DNA from: Mobula hypostoma | Lineage: Eukaryota | Assembly: GCF_963921235.1 (NCBI RefSeq) | Contig: NC_086124.1 | Span: 16,430,001 to 16,494,000 of the forward strand | DNA length: 64,000 bases | Reading direction: 5' to 3' | Shown here: positions 25,751 to 38,512 of the stretch, piece by piece | How the letters are laid out: each line of letters starts with the position of its first letter | Numbering within the stretch: the stretch's first letter is position 1 | Made by a program: the position numbers and the translations under genes | Notes under the pieces: model-generated | Databases searched by the model: none | Seen by the model: only the letters and a program-made list of their open reading frames with translations | Told to the model about the DNA's origin: nothing

Positions 25751-26164
25751 ACCTGCCAGATTACCCTTCACCCTAACAGCAACATTTTGTTCCCAAACAC
25801 TTGCTGCTCCACTCTCAAACAAGTCCCACTTGCCATTCATTCATTTTCTTTCTTATTGGCTCTCCAAATCGACCTTGGCTAATCGACTAATTCCCCCAAC
25901 GTTACCCTGCCCCAATTTACAGCCCTAACCTGTGGAGCTGACCAACTGTATCCTTTCCATCACTCTCTTAAACTAACAGAGAATGAAGAAGGTATCAAAA
26001 ATTACAAGGGAATCTTGGTCAACTGTGTAAGTCAGCTGAGGAACAGTTGCCTTACTGAACATCCACACTCAGAAAAAACTGTAGAAAGAATGCCAGATAG
26101 CAAAGGTTTGGTTCAGCTTGTGACTGTACAGTGTCTGCACTCTGTTCTGTCAGGACACAATGTT

Positions 26165-26385
26165 TGGATTTATTGATATACAGCACCGAAAAGGTCCCTA
26201 CAGCCCCTTGAGCCATGCTGACTAGCAATCCACCAGTTTAATCCCAGCCTAATCATTGGTCATTGTAAATTTTCCCATTAACCTACGAAATGGTAGGTAT
26301 TTTGACTTTAGGAGGAAACCAGAACACCCAGAGAATGTACAAACTCCTCACTGGCAACAGCTGGAATTGAACCCTGGTCGCCTGC
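26165..26385 (-). mobile_element. V-SINE (duplicate of 16740-16945)
   Basis: V-domain core GGAGGAAACCAGAACACC on plus. Confidence 0.7.
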
Positions 26386-26969
26386 AATTTTAAACCTTTC
26401 CTTCCCGAAACTTCCACAAAACTGGACAGGGAAGAAAGCATTTGGTACACTGGCCTCCTCCATCAGCAAACATAATTAGCACAGGAGCTGGAATGTGATG
26501 TACCTTTTGTGTATCCACACCCAGAATACTGTGTAGCTTTAGTCAACCTCATTAGAGCTACAGTGTAATAGGTTGCCAAGACTGCAAAGAAGATTTAGAA
26601 GAGTGATGGTGGAAATTGAAGACCTGAGTTATGTGATGGTATTGGGTTTGCTGACTGCGAACTTCTAAACTTAAGTGAAGATGCTAAGACCCATTATAAA
26701 TTAATAGCCAGGAATACTCTCACTAAAGGGAGATAATACTGTGATGACCCAATCTTCAAAGACTAGTTTACTTCCCTGTTTGTTCTCCATTGTGCGTTTA
26801 GCTCCCAATACCCACTATTTGGGTGGTGGGTCCCCTCTCCCTACCAAGGAGAAGGTACTTCCAGCTAACAAAGTAGTTTAAAATAATAAACACAATAAAT
26901 TCTGCAGATGCTGGAAATCCAAAATAATGTACGCAAAATGCTGAAGCAGCACCCATGGAAAAGAACAAA

Positions 26970-27007
26970 CAGTCGATGTTTCAGGCCAAGATCCATCTTC
27001 AGGACTG
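26970..27007 (-). ncRNA. Degenerate type I hammerhead ribozyme motif in PLE terminal repeat
   Basis: Minus strand CAGTC-CTGAAGA-TGGATCTTGGCCT-GAAAC-ATC-GACTG. Confidence 0.6.
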
Positions 27008-27109
27008 AAAAGGAAGGGGGAAGGGGCCATAATAGAAAGATGGGGGAGGTAAGAAGAATAGCCAGGTGGGTAGGAATGGTCAAGGGCTAGTGATGAAGCA
27101 ATCTGATAA

Positions 27110-28270
27110 AACCATAAGACCATAAGTCATAAGAGCAGAATTAGGCCATTCAGTCCATCAAGTTTGCTCTGCCATTCCATCATGGCTGATCCCAGTTCCC
27201 ACTCAACCCCCATACACCTGCTTTCTCACCATATCCTTTGATACCCTGACCAATCAAGAAACGGTCAACTTCCACCTTAAATATACCCACCAACATGGTC
27301 TCCACCACAGTCTGTGGTAGAGTATTCCATAGATTCACTACTCTCTGGCTAAAAAAAAAATCCTCCTTACCTCTGTTCTAAAAGATCACCCTCAATTTTG
27401 AGTCTGTGCCCTCAAGTTGTGGATACCCCCACCATAGGAAACGTCCACCCTATCTAGTCCTTTAAACATTTGGTAGGTTTCAATGAGATCCCCACACGAT
27501 CTTCTAAATTCCAGTGAGTACATGACCAAAGCTGCCAAGTACTCCTCACATGTTAACCTGATCATTTCCAGAATCATCCTCATGAAATTCCTCTGGACTC
27601 CCTCCAATGACAACACATTCTTTCTGAGATATGGGGCACAAATCTGTTGACAATACTCCAAGTGCGGCCTGACTAACGTCTTATACAGACTCCTATTATT
27701 CATTATCATACATTTCCCAGCACTGTATACCATCTGCCACTTTTTTGCCCATTCTTTCAATTTGTCCAAGTCCTGCTGCTAACACATTGCTTCCTCAGCA
27801 CTACCTACCCCTACACCTACCTTCATATCATCCACGAAGCCATCAATTCCATTATCCAAATCATTGACAAACAATGTGAAAAGTAGCATTCCCATTGCTG
27901 ACCCCTGAGGAACACCACTCAGCAATAACCGCCAAGCAGAAAAGGTCCCTTTTATTCCCCTCACTGCCTCCTGCCTGTCAGCCATTCCTCTAACAATTCC
28001 TATATGTTTTTGTAACATATAGGATTTTATCTTGATATGTAGCCTCATGTGTGGCATCTTATCAAATGCCTTCTGAAAATGCAAGTAAATGACATCCATT
28101 GCCTCTCCTTTGCCACCCTGCTTGTTACTTCCTCAGGAAGCTCTAACAGATTTGTCAGGCAAGATTCCACTCTGCAGAAACTATGCTGACTGACTTATTT
28201 TATCATTAGTCTCCAAATACCCAAAACCTCATTGTTAATAATAGACTCCAACACTTTCCCAACCACTGAA
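27110..28270 (-). mobile_element. CR1 RT-to-tail fragment nested in Penelope
   Basis: MDVIYLHFQKAFDKMPH, SGVPQGS and LVRPHLEYC motifs. Confidence 0.9.
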
Positions 28271-29601
28271 GACAGGAGAGTGCACCACTGGAAAAAAGGA
28301 AGGAGGAAGGGCACCAGGTGATAGGCAGGAGAAAAGAGATAAGAGGCCAGAGTGGGGAATAGAAGAGCAGAGATGGAGGGTTTTTTTTTACCAGATGGGG
28401 AAATCGGAATTCATGTCATCAGTTTAGAGGCTATTCAGACAGTGTCGAATTCAATAATGGTGTCGAGGTCTTCATTGACGTCGACGATGAATGAACAAGA
28501 ACAAGAACAAGATTTAGACGGAATATGAGGTGTTGCTACTCCACCCTGAAGGTGGCCTCATTGAGGCATAAGAAAAGGCCAAGGAACTGACATGCCGGAA
28601 TGGGAATGGGAATCATAAATGGAATTTTGGGACATCTGTTCTTTCCACTATTGGCAGATAGAGTGGAGGTGCTCAACAAGCAGTACCTTGATTTATGACG
28701 GGTGTCACCAAAGTAGAGGCTGCATTGGGAGCATTGGATACAATGGACAACATCAGTAGATTCACAAGTGAAATGATGCCACACCTGGAAGGACACTTTG
28801 GGGTCCGGAATGGAGGTAAGGGAGGAAGCGGATGGACAGGTATAGCACTTTGGCCATTTCCAGTGATAAGTGCCAGGCGGGAGATTGGTTGGGGGGAGGG
28901 GGAATGAATGGACAAAGAAGATACTAGGGAACAATCCCTGCAGAAAGCGGAGGGGGTGGGAAGTAAAGTTATGTTTGGTGGTAGGATCCTTTTGGAGATG
29001 GTGGAAGTTGCATTTAATTATGTAGTTTAAAGCACAGATTTTATTTAATCACTTAAATCCAAATAACACTCTCAAAACACATTGAAAAATCAGAAGATTT
29101 CTGTCTTAAACATTTCCATATTCTCACAGAGAATTTCTTTCTTATCTTGAATCTTGAAACATTATACACTGAAACATTTCCCAGCCTCAGGTTTCCCTTT
29201 CTCATTCTCAGACTCACATACTCCTTGGATCTCACCATGTCACCCCCTCTGTAACCGTCCCATGCTGGAAAACTCCCACATTTCCTCCTTCCTATCTCTC
29301 TGGTCCCTTTCATATCCTCACATTATTGTTTTTAGATTGGTGTGCTGTGTGGCAGGGATCTGCGTTGGGTCTCCTGTTGGTTGTCATATCCGGCATATTG
29401 ATGATCTGGATAAGATTATAAGTGCGTGATTAATAAATTTGCAGATGACATCAACATTGATGGACAATGACAAAGGTGGTCAAAACTACAAGAGGGTGGA
29501 CATCAGTTGTGTATATAGGTAAGGAAATGGCAGCTGTAATTTAATTCAGACAAATTCAAAGTGCAGCCTTTTGATTGGTTAAACCAGAGCAGAAGATTAC
29601 A

Positions 29602-30020
29602 CAATAGACAATAGGTGCAGGAGTAGGCCATTCAGCCCTTCGAGCCAGCACCACCATTCACTGTGATCATGGCTGATCATCCACAAACAGTACCCTTTTC
29701 CTGCCTTCTCCCCATATCCCTTCACTCTGCTATCTTTAAGAGGTCTATCTAACTCCTTTTTGAAAGAATCCAGAGAATTGGCCTCCACTGCCTTCTGAGG
29801 CAGAGCATTCCACAGAACCACAACCCTCTGTGCGAAAAAGTTTTTCCTCAACTCCGAGCTAAATTGTCTACCCCTTATTCTTAAACTGTGGTCTCTGGTT
29901 CTGGACTACCCCAACATCGGGAACATGTTTCCTGCCTCTAGCGTGTCCAATCCCTTAATAATCTTATATGTTTCAATCAGCTCCCATATCATCTTTCTAA
30001 ATTCCAGTGTATACAACCCC
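29602..30020 (-). mobile_element. Young CR1 3' fragment specific to unit 2
   Basis: MRKNFFAQRVVVLWNALP; tail CCTATTGTCTATTGT; absent at the homologous site near 19445. Confidence 0.85.
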
Positions 30021-30999
30021 AGAGAGGGGCAGTGCCCTGGAGAGCACTGCAGAACAGAGAGACCAGTGGGTAAAATTCCTAAAAGTGCAGATGTAGGTGG
30101 AGAATTTGCCAATGAAAGCAACTGGCACACTTGCCATCATTGGTTAGGGCAATGAGTACTAGAGTTGGTATGTTGTGTTTCAACTGTACGAGATGTTGTG
30201 GTGGGATTGCACTTGGGTATTGTATGCAGTTCTGGTCACCTAGTTATGGGAACAATGTGATTCAGCTGCAATTGGTGCAGAAAACAGTCACAAGGACGTT
30301 ACTGGAGGACTGGAGTTACAAGAGGAGACTGAGATAGCATGGGACTGTTTGTTCTGGAGCGCAGGAAGATGAGTGTAAATTTGAAGAGGTACATTAAATC
30401 AAGAGGGGCTTAGTTAAATATTAATCCCTCTGTAGCCTCACACTGTGTAACCTCCTTCCGTCCCCATGACCCTCTGAAATGTCTGCTCTCCCACATCTGT
30501 GGGCCATTTGCATCGTTACTTCCCCCTGTCAGATTGGGGACCTGTGACCAGTGGTGGGCTGCAGGGATCTGTGCTCTGTACATTTGTTTAGTATGCCCGC
30601 AGAGAAAGAATCTCATGGTTGTATGTGGTGACATGTATGTACTCTGATAATAAATTTTACTCTGAACTTTAAACTACAACTGATTCCACAACCTACAGAC
30701 TCCCTTTCAAGTTCTCTACAACTCATGTTTTCAATATTATTGATTGTTTTTATTATTTGCAAGATTTGTCCTCTTTCGCACGTTAGTTGTTTGTCAGTCT
30801 GTACTATTTTTGGTTTTCTTAAATTATATTGTAGTTATTTTCCAGTAAATGCATGGAAGAAAATGAATGGTAAAATAATATTATATGATGGCGTATACAT
30901 TTTGATAATAAGTTTACTTTGACAATATTTTTTGGTGACCCTCTTTGTTTTCATGCAGGGTTCAGTGATCTATTTACAATGTTCACAAAGTAGCCAGCG

Positions 31000-31170
31000 G
31001 TTCCTCTGATTGACAGCTCCCTCTTTTCGCTCCTCCCGGGCTGTTTGCACACCGTCACGTGACACCCAACGATTTGCCCACCAATCGTGCGCTGACGTTC
31101 CACAGGGTCCGCCCTTCAGCGACGTCATTTCCTTGGCAACGCCCGATCAGGTCCCGGGCGGCAAGTATGA
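31000..31170 (+). promoter_or_regulatory. CpG-rich promoter-like module
   Basis: TGATTGACAG 31007-31016, GTCACGTGAC 31054-31063, CCAAT 31081-31085, TGACGT 31093-31098, CCGCCC 31109-31114, GACGTCA 31121-31127, CCTTGGCAAC 31131-31140. Confidence 0.7.
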
Positions 31171-31249
31171 AATGAACAGCGGGCAAATAGATGGGAATTT
31201 AAGCTTTCAGCAGCTAAAAATCAAGTTATATTTCACAAAGAGGATTAAT

Positions 31250-31345
31250 AGATCTGCAACACACATCAAAGTTGCTGGTGAACGCAGCCGGCCAGGCAGC
31301 ATCTCTAGGAAGAGGTACAGTCGGCTTTTCGGGCCGAGACCCTTG
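31250..31345 (-). mobile_element. Penelope-like terminal-repeat fragment
   Basis: Matches the reverse complement of 6575-6650. Confidence 0.7.
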
Positions 31346-31359
31346 TACTTGATTGGAAA

Positions 31360-32300
31360 TTATATGGTCAAATTCTTGAAGAAGTGTCGGCGGTAAGATT
31401 TCTAGGCATGTGGATTAGCTAGTGATAGACAATATCTAAAGGGTGGTAGTCAACCCTAGCTTGCAGGAGACAGGTAACCGGTCAGGAGAAAAGAGGGAAA
31501 ATGCGCAGCCAGTGAAGAGTACACCTGTGGCTGTTCCCCTCAATAATAAGTATACACAATTTAGATACTACTGAGGGGGTTGACCTACAGGCGGAGCCAC
31601 AGTGACCAGGCCTCTGGCACTGAGTCTGGTGCTATGGCTCAGAAGAGCAGAGAGGTGTAGAGGACTGCAGTGTTGATAGGAAATATCTTAGTCAGAGGAA
31701 CAGAGATGAGGTTCTGTGGACGCGTTACAGACAGCTGGATGGTATGTTGTCTCCCAGGTGCCAGATTGGTTCCATAGCATTCTAAAGGTAGAGGGTGAGC
31801 AGCTGTAAGTCTTGGTACATTTTGGCTCCAATAACATAGGTGAGGAGATCCTGAAGAAAGATTTTAGGGAGTCAGGTAGAAAGCTGAGAAACAGGACCTC
31901 CAGGGTAGTAATCTAAAGTGCTGCCTGTGCTATGCACTAGTGAGGGTAATAATATGCAGAATCAAATATTGCTGTGATGATTGTACGCTCTAGTATCAAT
32001 TGTTTGGCGACAATAAAGTAAAGTAATGGGATGATTTGGCAGGCTGAGGAACTGCAGAAGGGGGCAGGGGGTTTAGATTTATGCATCATTGGGATCTCTT
32101 CTGGGGAAGGTGTGACCTGTACAAAAGGGACAGGTTGCACTTGAATCTGAGGGGGTCCAATATGCTTGCAGGCAGGTTGGCTAGAGTTGTTCAGGTGGGT
32201 TTAAACTAATTTGTCAGGGGGATGGGAAACAGAGTGATAGTGCTGAAGACGAGGTTTACAAACAGGCAGTATGTAATGAGACTCCCTAGCAAGTAGAGGC
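31360..32300 (+). mobile_element. Degenerate CR1 ORF1 (esterase) region
   Basis: Aligns with 46250-47050 (STPVAVPLNNKY, MVCCLPGAR, YKRDRLHLN). Confidence 0.85.
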
Positions 32301-32304
32301 TGAT

Positions 32305-33080
32305 GACAAAGATCGCTCTGTGGCACGCGGTGGGAAAAGCCAGGCGCGGCGCTGGTCAGGCCTGTCTCGTGGACTCCTCCTCGTCAGTTTCCTCCACCGC
32401 CTCGGCGACACAAGCCTGGGTTCCAGTGCCCGTGGAGGGTGCAATGCTCTCTCCGTGCTGCTCCGCCCATTGTGCCATAAGGTAAGTTTGGCTTGCACCA
32501 GGTAAAGCTCCAGCCGGCTGGCGCCATTGTATCTGGGGAGCTTCAGGGTGGACCTTGCGGTGCGAATTACTCAGGCCCGTTGGTCTTCCTCTTGCTCCAG
32601 CTGTATCAGTGGTGCCTGCCATGTTGTCTGTCCTCCAGTGGCTGTGGTATCTTAGGTTCCTCAGTGTGGGCCACGAGAGAGCTCTCCACCATGTCCGCTG
32701 GGTTGTGGAGTCTGGATATGCTCACCCCGTCAGGGTTCCCTGGGAAGACACAATTCTTGGTTCTTAGGTTCTCCCTCCTGCTTAGTGTCCTGTCTTCAGG
32801 AGCTCAGCCCAGGTGTGCGGGAGAGGCATACTGCTGGGTCCCTCCACTTATTCTCTGGATCTTAAGGCGCTCTATCCAATGTCATAATTCTTCAATCTCG
32901 CTGTCAATTTCTAATCCTGCTCCTAACACCAATGTGGTGAGCATTCCGTCCATGAAAAAACATGTTTCTCTCAACTGACATCTTTATTGTGACAAGCACA
33001 AAACACCCCCAGACCAGGCGCTATGACCCAGGGAGGGAACCCACTCAGTCATATCCAGACACACTCTTCCTACGTTGTCA
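32305..33080 (-). mobile_element. Ty3/Gypsy LTR retrotransposon remnant (LTR end, PBS, gag)
   Basis: Minus strand: AATAAA, LTR end ..ACCACA, PBS TGGTGTTAGGAGCAGG (32931-32916, tRNA-Leu-like), then LKLPRYNGASRLELYLVQAKLTLWHNG gag motif. Confidence 0.75.
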
Positions 33081-33229
33081 ATTAAATTTAATTCATACCT
33101 ATGTCTTTGGTACCCGTATAGACATTGATTGACTGAGGATGTTAATATTTTCATGTCTGTGTGCTCTAGCTTATCATAAACCAATTGTCTACCAATTCCA
33201 CCATATTTTAAATTTATTACTATAGAGAG

Positions 33230-34675
33230 TCTTAGACATACAGAACATTCAGCCCCTTGAGTCTGTTCTACCATTCCAACATGCTGATTTATTATCCCTC
33301 TCAACCCCATTCTCCTGCCTTCTCCCCAGAACCTTTAACTAATCAAGAACCTATCAAGATGTGCTTTAAATTTGCACAAAGACTTGGCCTCCACAACATC
33401 TGTGGCAATGAATTCCAAAGTTCAAAGTAAAATTTATTATCAGAATACATACATGTCACCACATACAAACCTGAGATTCTTTTTTTGAGGACATACTTAG
33501 CAAATCTATAGAATAGTAACTGTAAACTATAACATCAGAAACTGTAAACTGTAAACAAACTGTGCAAATGCAGATATAAATAAATAGCAATAAATAATGA
33601 GCATAAAATAACAATATAACAGAGTCCTTAAATGAGTGTAGTTATCCCCTTTTGTTTCAGAGCCCGATTGTTAAGGGGCAGTAACTGTTCTTGAACCTGG
33701 TGGTGTGAGTCCTGAGCCACTTGTGCTTTCTACCTGATGGCAGCAGTGAGAAAAGAGCATGGCCTGGGTGGTGAGGATCTGATGATAGATGCTGCTTTTC
33801 TACAGCAATGTTTTATGTAGATGTGCTCAACATCTGGGAGAGCTTTACCTGTGATGTACCGGGCTGAATCCACTACCTTTTGTAGGATTTTCCACTCAAA
33901 GGTATTGGTGTTCGCAAACCAGGCCGTAATGCAGCCAGTCAGCACACTTTCCACCAGACATGTATAGAAATTTGCCCAGGTTTTCGATGATGAGCCCAAC
34001 CCCACAGACTCCGAAGGAAGTAGAGGCACTATTGTGCTTTCTGCACAATAATGTTTATATGATGGGTCCAGGACAGGTCCTCTGAGATAGTGACACCCAG
34101 GAATTGAAAGTAATTGACCCTCTCCACCTCTGATCCTCCAATGATTACTGGCTCATGGACCCCTGGTATCCCTCTCCTGCAGTTTAAAATCAGTTCCTTG
34201 GTCTTATTGATATTTTACGAGATTCACAGATTCACCATCATCTAGCTGAAGAAATTCCTCCTCATATCTTTTCTACACAGACGTCCCTCTGTTCTGAGGC
34301 TGTGTCCTCTGTTCCTGGACTCCTCCATTGCAGGAATCGCTCTCTTCAGATCCACTCTACCTTGGTTTTCAATATTCGATAGGTTTCAATGAGCTCCCCC
34401 CATTATTATCCTAAAGTTCAGCGAGTACAGACTCGGAACCAACGAAAGCTCCTTATACTTTAACCTTATCATTCCCAGAATTATTCTTGTAAACCTCTTC
34501 TGGTCCTTCTCCAATGCCAACACATCTTTTCTTGGGCAAGGGGCCCAAACAGCTCATGTTGCTCCAAGTGCAGTCCAACCAATATCTTATAAAGCCTCAG
34601 CTATACATCCTTGTTGTTATATTCTGGTCCACTTGAAATGAATGCTAACATTGCATTTGCCTTCCTTCGCAAATT
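33230..34675 (-). mobile_element. CR1 3' part with nested Rex1/Babar 3' part (about 33418-34215)
   Basis: CR1 KANAMLAFIS and tail; Rex NFYTCLVESVLTGCITAWF. Confidence 0.85.
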
Positions 34676-34879
34676 CAGGGTGCAGGGTGATTCAGGAAAT
34701 CCAGGGGTGGGCGTCTCATATTTAATTACCTCCACAGCCAGCCTTTCCTCGGGATAGGCCATTCTGCCCACCAATCTCTCCACACCCTCATCTTCATTTA
34801 GAGGAGGCTGAAAAACAGGAATAGGCCACTCGGCCCTTCAAGCTGGCCCTGGATTGTTGCCTGTGCCACATGCCAATGA

Positions 34880-36100
34880 GGATTAGCGTAAGATGATTTG
34901 GCTGAAGAATTAGTGCACCAGACAGGTTTTTGGATTTTTCAACCATTGGGATCTCTTATGGGGAAGGTCTGCCCTGCACAAAAAGGATTGATTACAGCTG
35001 AATTCATGGGAGACCAATATCCTTGTGGGCAATTTTGCTAGAGCTCTTGTGGAGGATTTAAACTAATTGGCAGGGCAATGGGAACCAGAGTGATACAGGT
35101 GAAGATGGTGCAGTTGGGATACAAGAAGACAAGGTGTGTAGTGGGCCTGTGAGGAAGAACAGGCAGATGACTGGATAAATCTGGAGTCAGTGGGATGAGT
35201 GGAAGTGTTACATAAGTGCAAACCCGAAAAGGGTGATGAATACAGAACTGAAGGTGTTATGTTTGAGTGCACTCAGTTTACGGAATAAGTTAGATTATCT
35301 TGTATACAATTGGAAATTGGCAGTTATGACTCTGAGAATTACTGAGTCATGGCTGAAAGAAGATCATAGTTGGGAGTTTAACATCCAAGGATAAATCAAC
35401 ATTGTATTGAAAGTAAAGGCAAGTAGGCAGATGGGTAGGTTGGCTCTGATGGTAAAGATGACATCCTTAGCAAGAGGTGACACGTGATCAGAAGTTGTAG
35501 AATTCTTGTGGGGAGAGTGAAGGAACTACAAGGGTCATAAGACTCTGATGGACTAAAAACAGTAGCCAGGACGTGGGGTGAAAATTACAACGGGGTTGTA
35601 GTTATTTAAAAAGGGCAATGTTGCGATGGTCATGGGGCATTTCAATATGCAAATAGATTGCAAAACTCAGGACCCCAAAAAAGGGAATTTGCAGAATGCG
35701 TACAGGATGGCTTATTAGAGCAGCTTGGGTAAAGGCACTTCTGGATTGTGTGTTTGTAATGAAAGAGATTGGATTAGGGAGCTTCAGGTAAAGGAATCCT
35801 TAAGAAGCGGTGATTGTAATATTCTAGAATTTATCCTGCAGTTTGTGAGAGAGAAGCTAAAATCAGGTGTATCATTATTACAGTGGAGTGACGGTAATTA
35901 CAGAGACACAAGAGAGGAGCTGGCCAAAGTTGATTGGAAGGGGACACTAGCTGGAACGACAGCAGAACAGCAAATGGCTGGCGTTTCTGTGTGTAATTTC
36001 GGAGGAGCAGGACAAATAGATCCCAAAGATGAGGTATTCCAAAGGGAAGACGATGACTGATGAGAGAAGTCAAAGACAGAATAAAAGCAAAACAGAGAGC
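34880..36100 (+). mobile_element. Degenerate CR1 ORF1 end and endonuclease
   Basis: ITESWLKE, MGHFN and ELAKVDWKGTLAG remnants. Confidence 0.8.
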
Positions 36101-36650
36101 AAAGGATTTTGTTTATGGGAATCTCAAACACAGCAGAACGTCAGTCCTGCTGTGCCTGTCAGTTCAACAGCACATGAATGCCACTGTTCCTTAAATGTAA
36201 AGGAGATTCCTGAAAAGACAACACATCAATCACAGCAAGAACAGGAATATGTGGACACATCCATGATTTGACTTGCTGAATGGCCATAGAGTTGATAGCA
36301 GTGAGATGTCATTCATTGGTTCTCATTTTGGAAGGGACTCGCTAGGCCACTGCACCTGCAGACACACCAGCAAATTCGCACCGGGGAGAGGCCAATCACC
36401 TGCTCTGAGTGTGGGAAGGAATTCATCCAAGACTTCAATCTGCAGAAATACCAGAGTTCACACGGAAGCTGCTGTACACCTGTTCTGAGTGTGAGAAGGG
36501 TTTCATTCAGTTATTCCAGCATGTGAGGTTCCAAAGAGTCCAGAGTAAATAGAGGCCACACTTCTGTCCTGAGTGAGCAAAGAAATTTACTCAAGCATCC
36601 CGCCTGCTGAAACACCAACATCTTCACATCAGGGAGGAAGTTCGAATAAG
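36101..36650 (+). pseudogene. C2H2 zinc-finger gene relic (locus B)
   Basis: GGAATCTCAAACAC leader shared with loci A and C; CSECGKEF, CSECEKGF and HQHLHIRE remnants; downstream 36650-37250 is homologous to 3140-3750 and 53000-53640. Confidence 0.75.
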
Positions 36651-37459
36651 CTTTATGTTAAAATTTTAACCATCACGGTAGCAGCATCCAGTTGCAAGTT
36701 CCCGACCAATTGTTCACGTTAGATTCTGCGGCTCTTCCAGCTGCTCATCACACCCGGGACTGAGCATTGGAGAGTCTGCTCTGCTGATGTTAGCCTGTAA
36801 TTAAACTAGCGATGAATAATGTGGAACTGTGCAAGTAGATAAGTTCTATTTCAAATCCTGTGTCTCAGGTGCTGGCACCCAGGGTACATCAAAGAGGCTG
36901 CTCAGTCCAGCTGGACCCTGCTTGTGTTTTGTTCTATATCTGTGCTTTTAAACCCACCCATGCTGTTCACCCCTTGCTCTCCTTGTGATGACAGGTTGCA
37001 ACTGTGGGTGAAGAGGTTTCTTTCAATTTCCTCAGTGACTTCCTGCAAACTGACCAAGATGATGAGCTCACTGTGGTTTTGTCCCAAATATTCTTCATTT
37101 CTCAGAGCTCTAGGCCAAGGAAAAATGTCACAGTTGGTCCTTCGTCAACCTTCTTCCCTGCTCTTATCCACATTTTGGGTCATTTTCACTGATTTCAAAG
37201 GTTGTGTCTCACACAGCTGGGTTATTCAAATTCACAACTCTCCACCAAAGCATGAGAGCAGAACGATAGGTATATATTCACTGGAGCAGGTTCATAAACC
37301 AAAGAGGAGCCAGACGATTCAAGGCTTTTGGGCTACAGAAAAAGTGGAGGCTCAAGCTTAAGGGGAAGAGGAGAAAGGAATCAAACTAGAGAATGTGACT
37401 ACAAATGAAATATCAGGAACAGTTGGAAAAAGATTGCCCGAAAAACATGTGGTTTATTC

Positions 37460-37645
37460 TGCAAAATGACAGAGGAACTCAGTGGGTCAGGCAGCATCTA
37501 TGGACAGGAATAAACAATCGATATTTTGGGCAGAGAACTATCACCATGCATGTTGACTGTTTATTGCTCTGCTTAGATGCTACCTGAGCTGCTGGGTTTC
37601 TCCAGCACATTGTGTGTGTTGCCCTGTATTTCCCACATCTGTAAT
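37460..37645. mobile_element. Inverted pair of Penelope-like terminal fragments
   Basis: GGAACTCAGTGGGTCAGGCAGCATC..AATAAACAATCG followed by its near reverse complement TTGACTGTTTATT..GATGCTACCTGAGCTGCTGGGTTTC. Confidence 0.65.
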
Positions 37646-38512
37646 ATCACCAGTTGTAAGTGGATTGGACGTTAGCATTTCACATCTGGAATGCCTGTTG
37701 ATATTCTTTATCGCAGCTGGCTGCATTAAGTAGCTGCTGAGAAACACTGACTATTTCTGAAGCAGGAAGCATGCAGCATGGAACCAGTGTTTGCAAACAC
37801 TTTATGACACCTTGCCTACCCAGATATGCCTTCCTGCATCATGATGGCACTTGCATGCAATGCTCCCTTTGTCAATGTCTACTGGATAGACCATGAAAAT
37901 ATTTATTTTATTTTTTTACATTTGTGTTTCTGGAACTGTTGAAGTCTGCGATTTACAGTTTGGAGGTCAACTGAGTGATCCAGTGTTTTGCTGTTTGGGA
38001 AGCGAGCACGAGCCTTGAGGCGAAGAAACTACAAGATGGGCGCAAGCCATTGTTCGACTCCATTTCACCGATTAAAACTTCCATTATCAAGGAAGATTAC
38101 AGCACTGAGGCAAATGCGGAACCTGCCTTTTGATTTCTGATGGGATCCCTCTGCTTCCGGAGAAGGAACCTCTGTGGCTTTTCACTATGCTCAGGGGCCA
38201 GGCCTCCACAACCGAGCAGTGTCTCCCACTTTCGATGATGTTACCGAGGTTTTGCGTTATGGATTTGGACTGTGGACTACGGACTTTTTCAGTTTTATGG
38301 TTTTCATATTCTATGTTGTTCTTTCTAGTTGATTTTTGTGTGGGGGGGGAGCTTGGGGGTCAATATTCTTTGTACAAGGGAGTGGTAGTTGGAAGTTGAT
38401 GTTCTTGTTGCATTTTGTATGGGGGAGATGAGAGGTTTGGGAGCCGATGTCCTTGTTGCCTTTTGTGCGGGGGAGGAGGGGGGTTTGTTGATCATGTTGT
38501 TGTACTTTGTTA

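Larger units (their letters stand above)
26885..29012 (-). mobile_element. Penelope-like element 3' part (GIY-YIG), interrupted by a CR1 at about 27110-28270
   Basis: ORF 28536-28934: PGTYHWKWPKCYTCP...HFTCESTDVVHCIQCSQCSLYFGDT. Confidence 0.88.

Noticed and set aside
32493-32978. 161-aa plus-strand ORF as a host gene
   Set aside because: Antisense to the Gypsy gag/PBS remnant.
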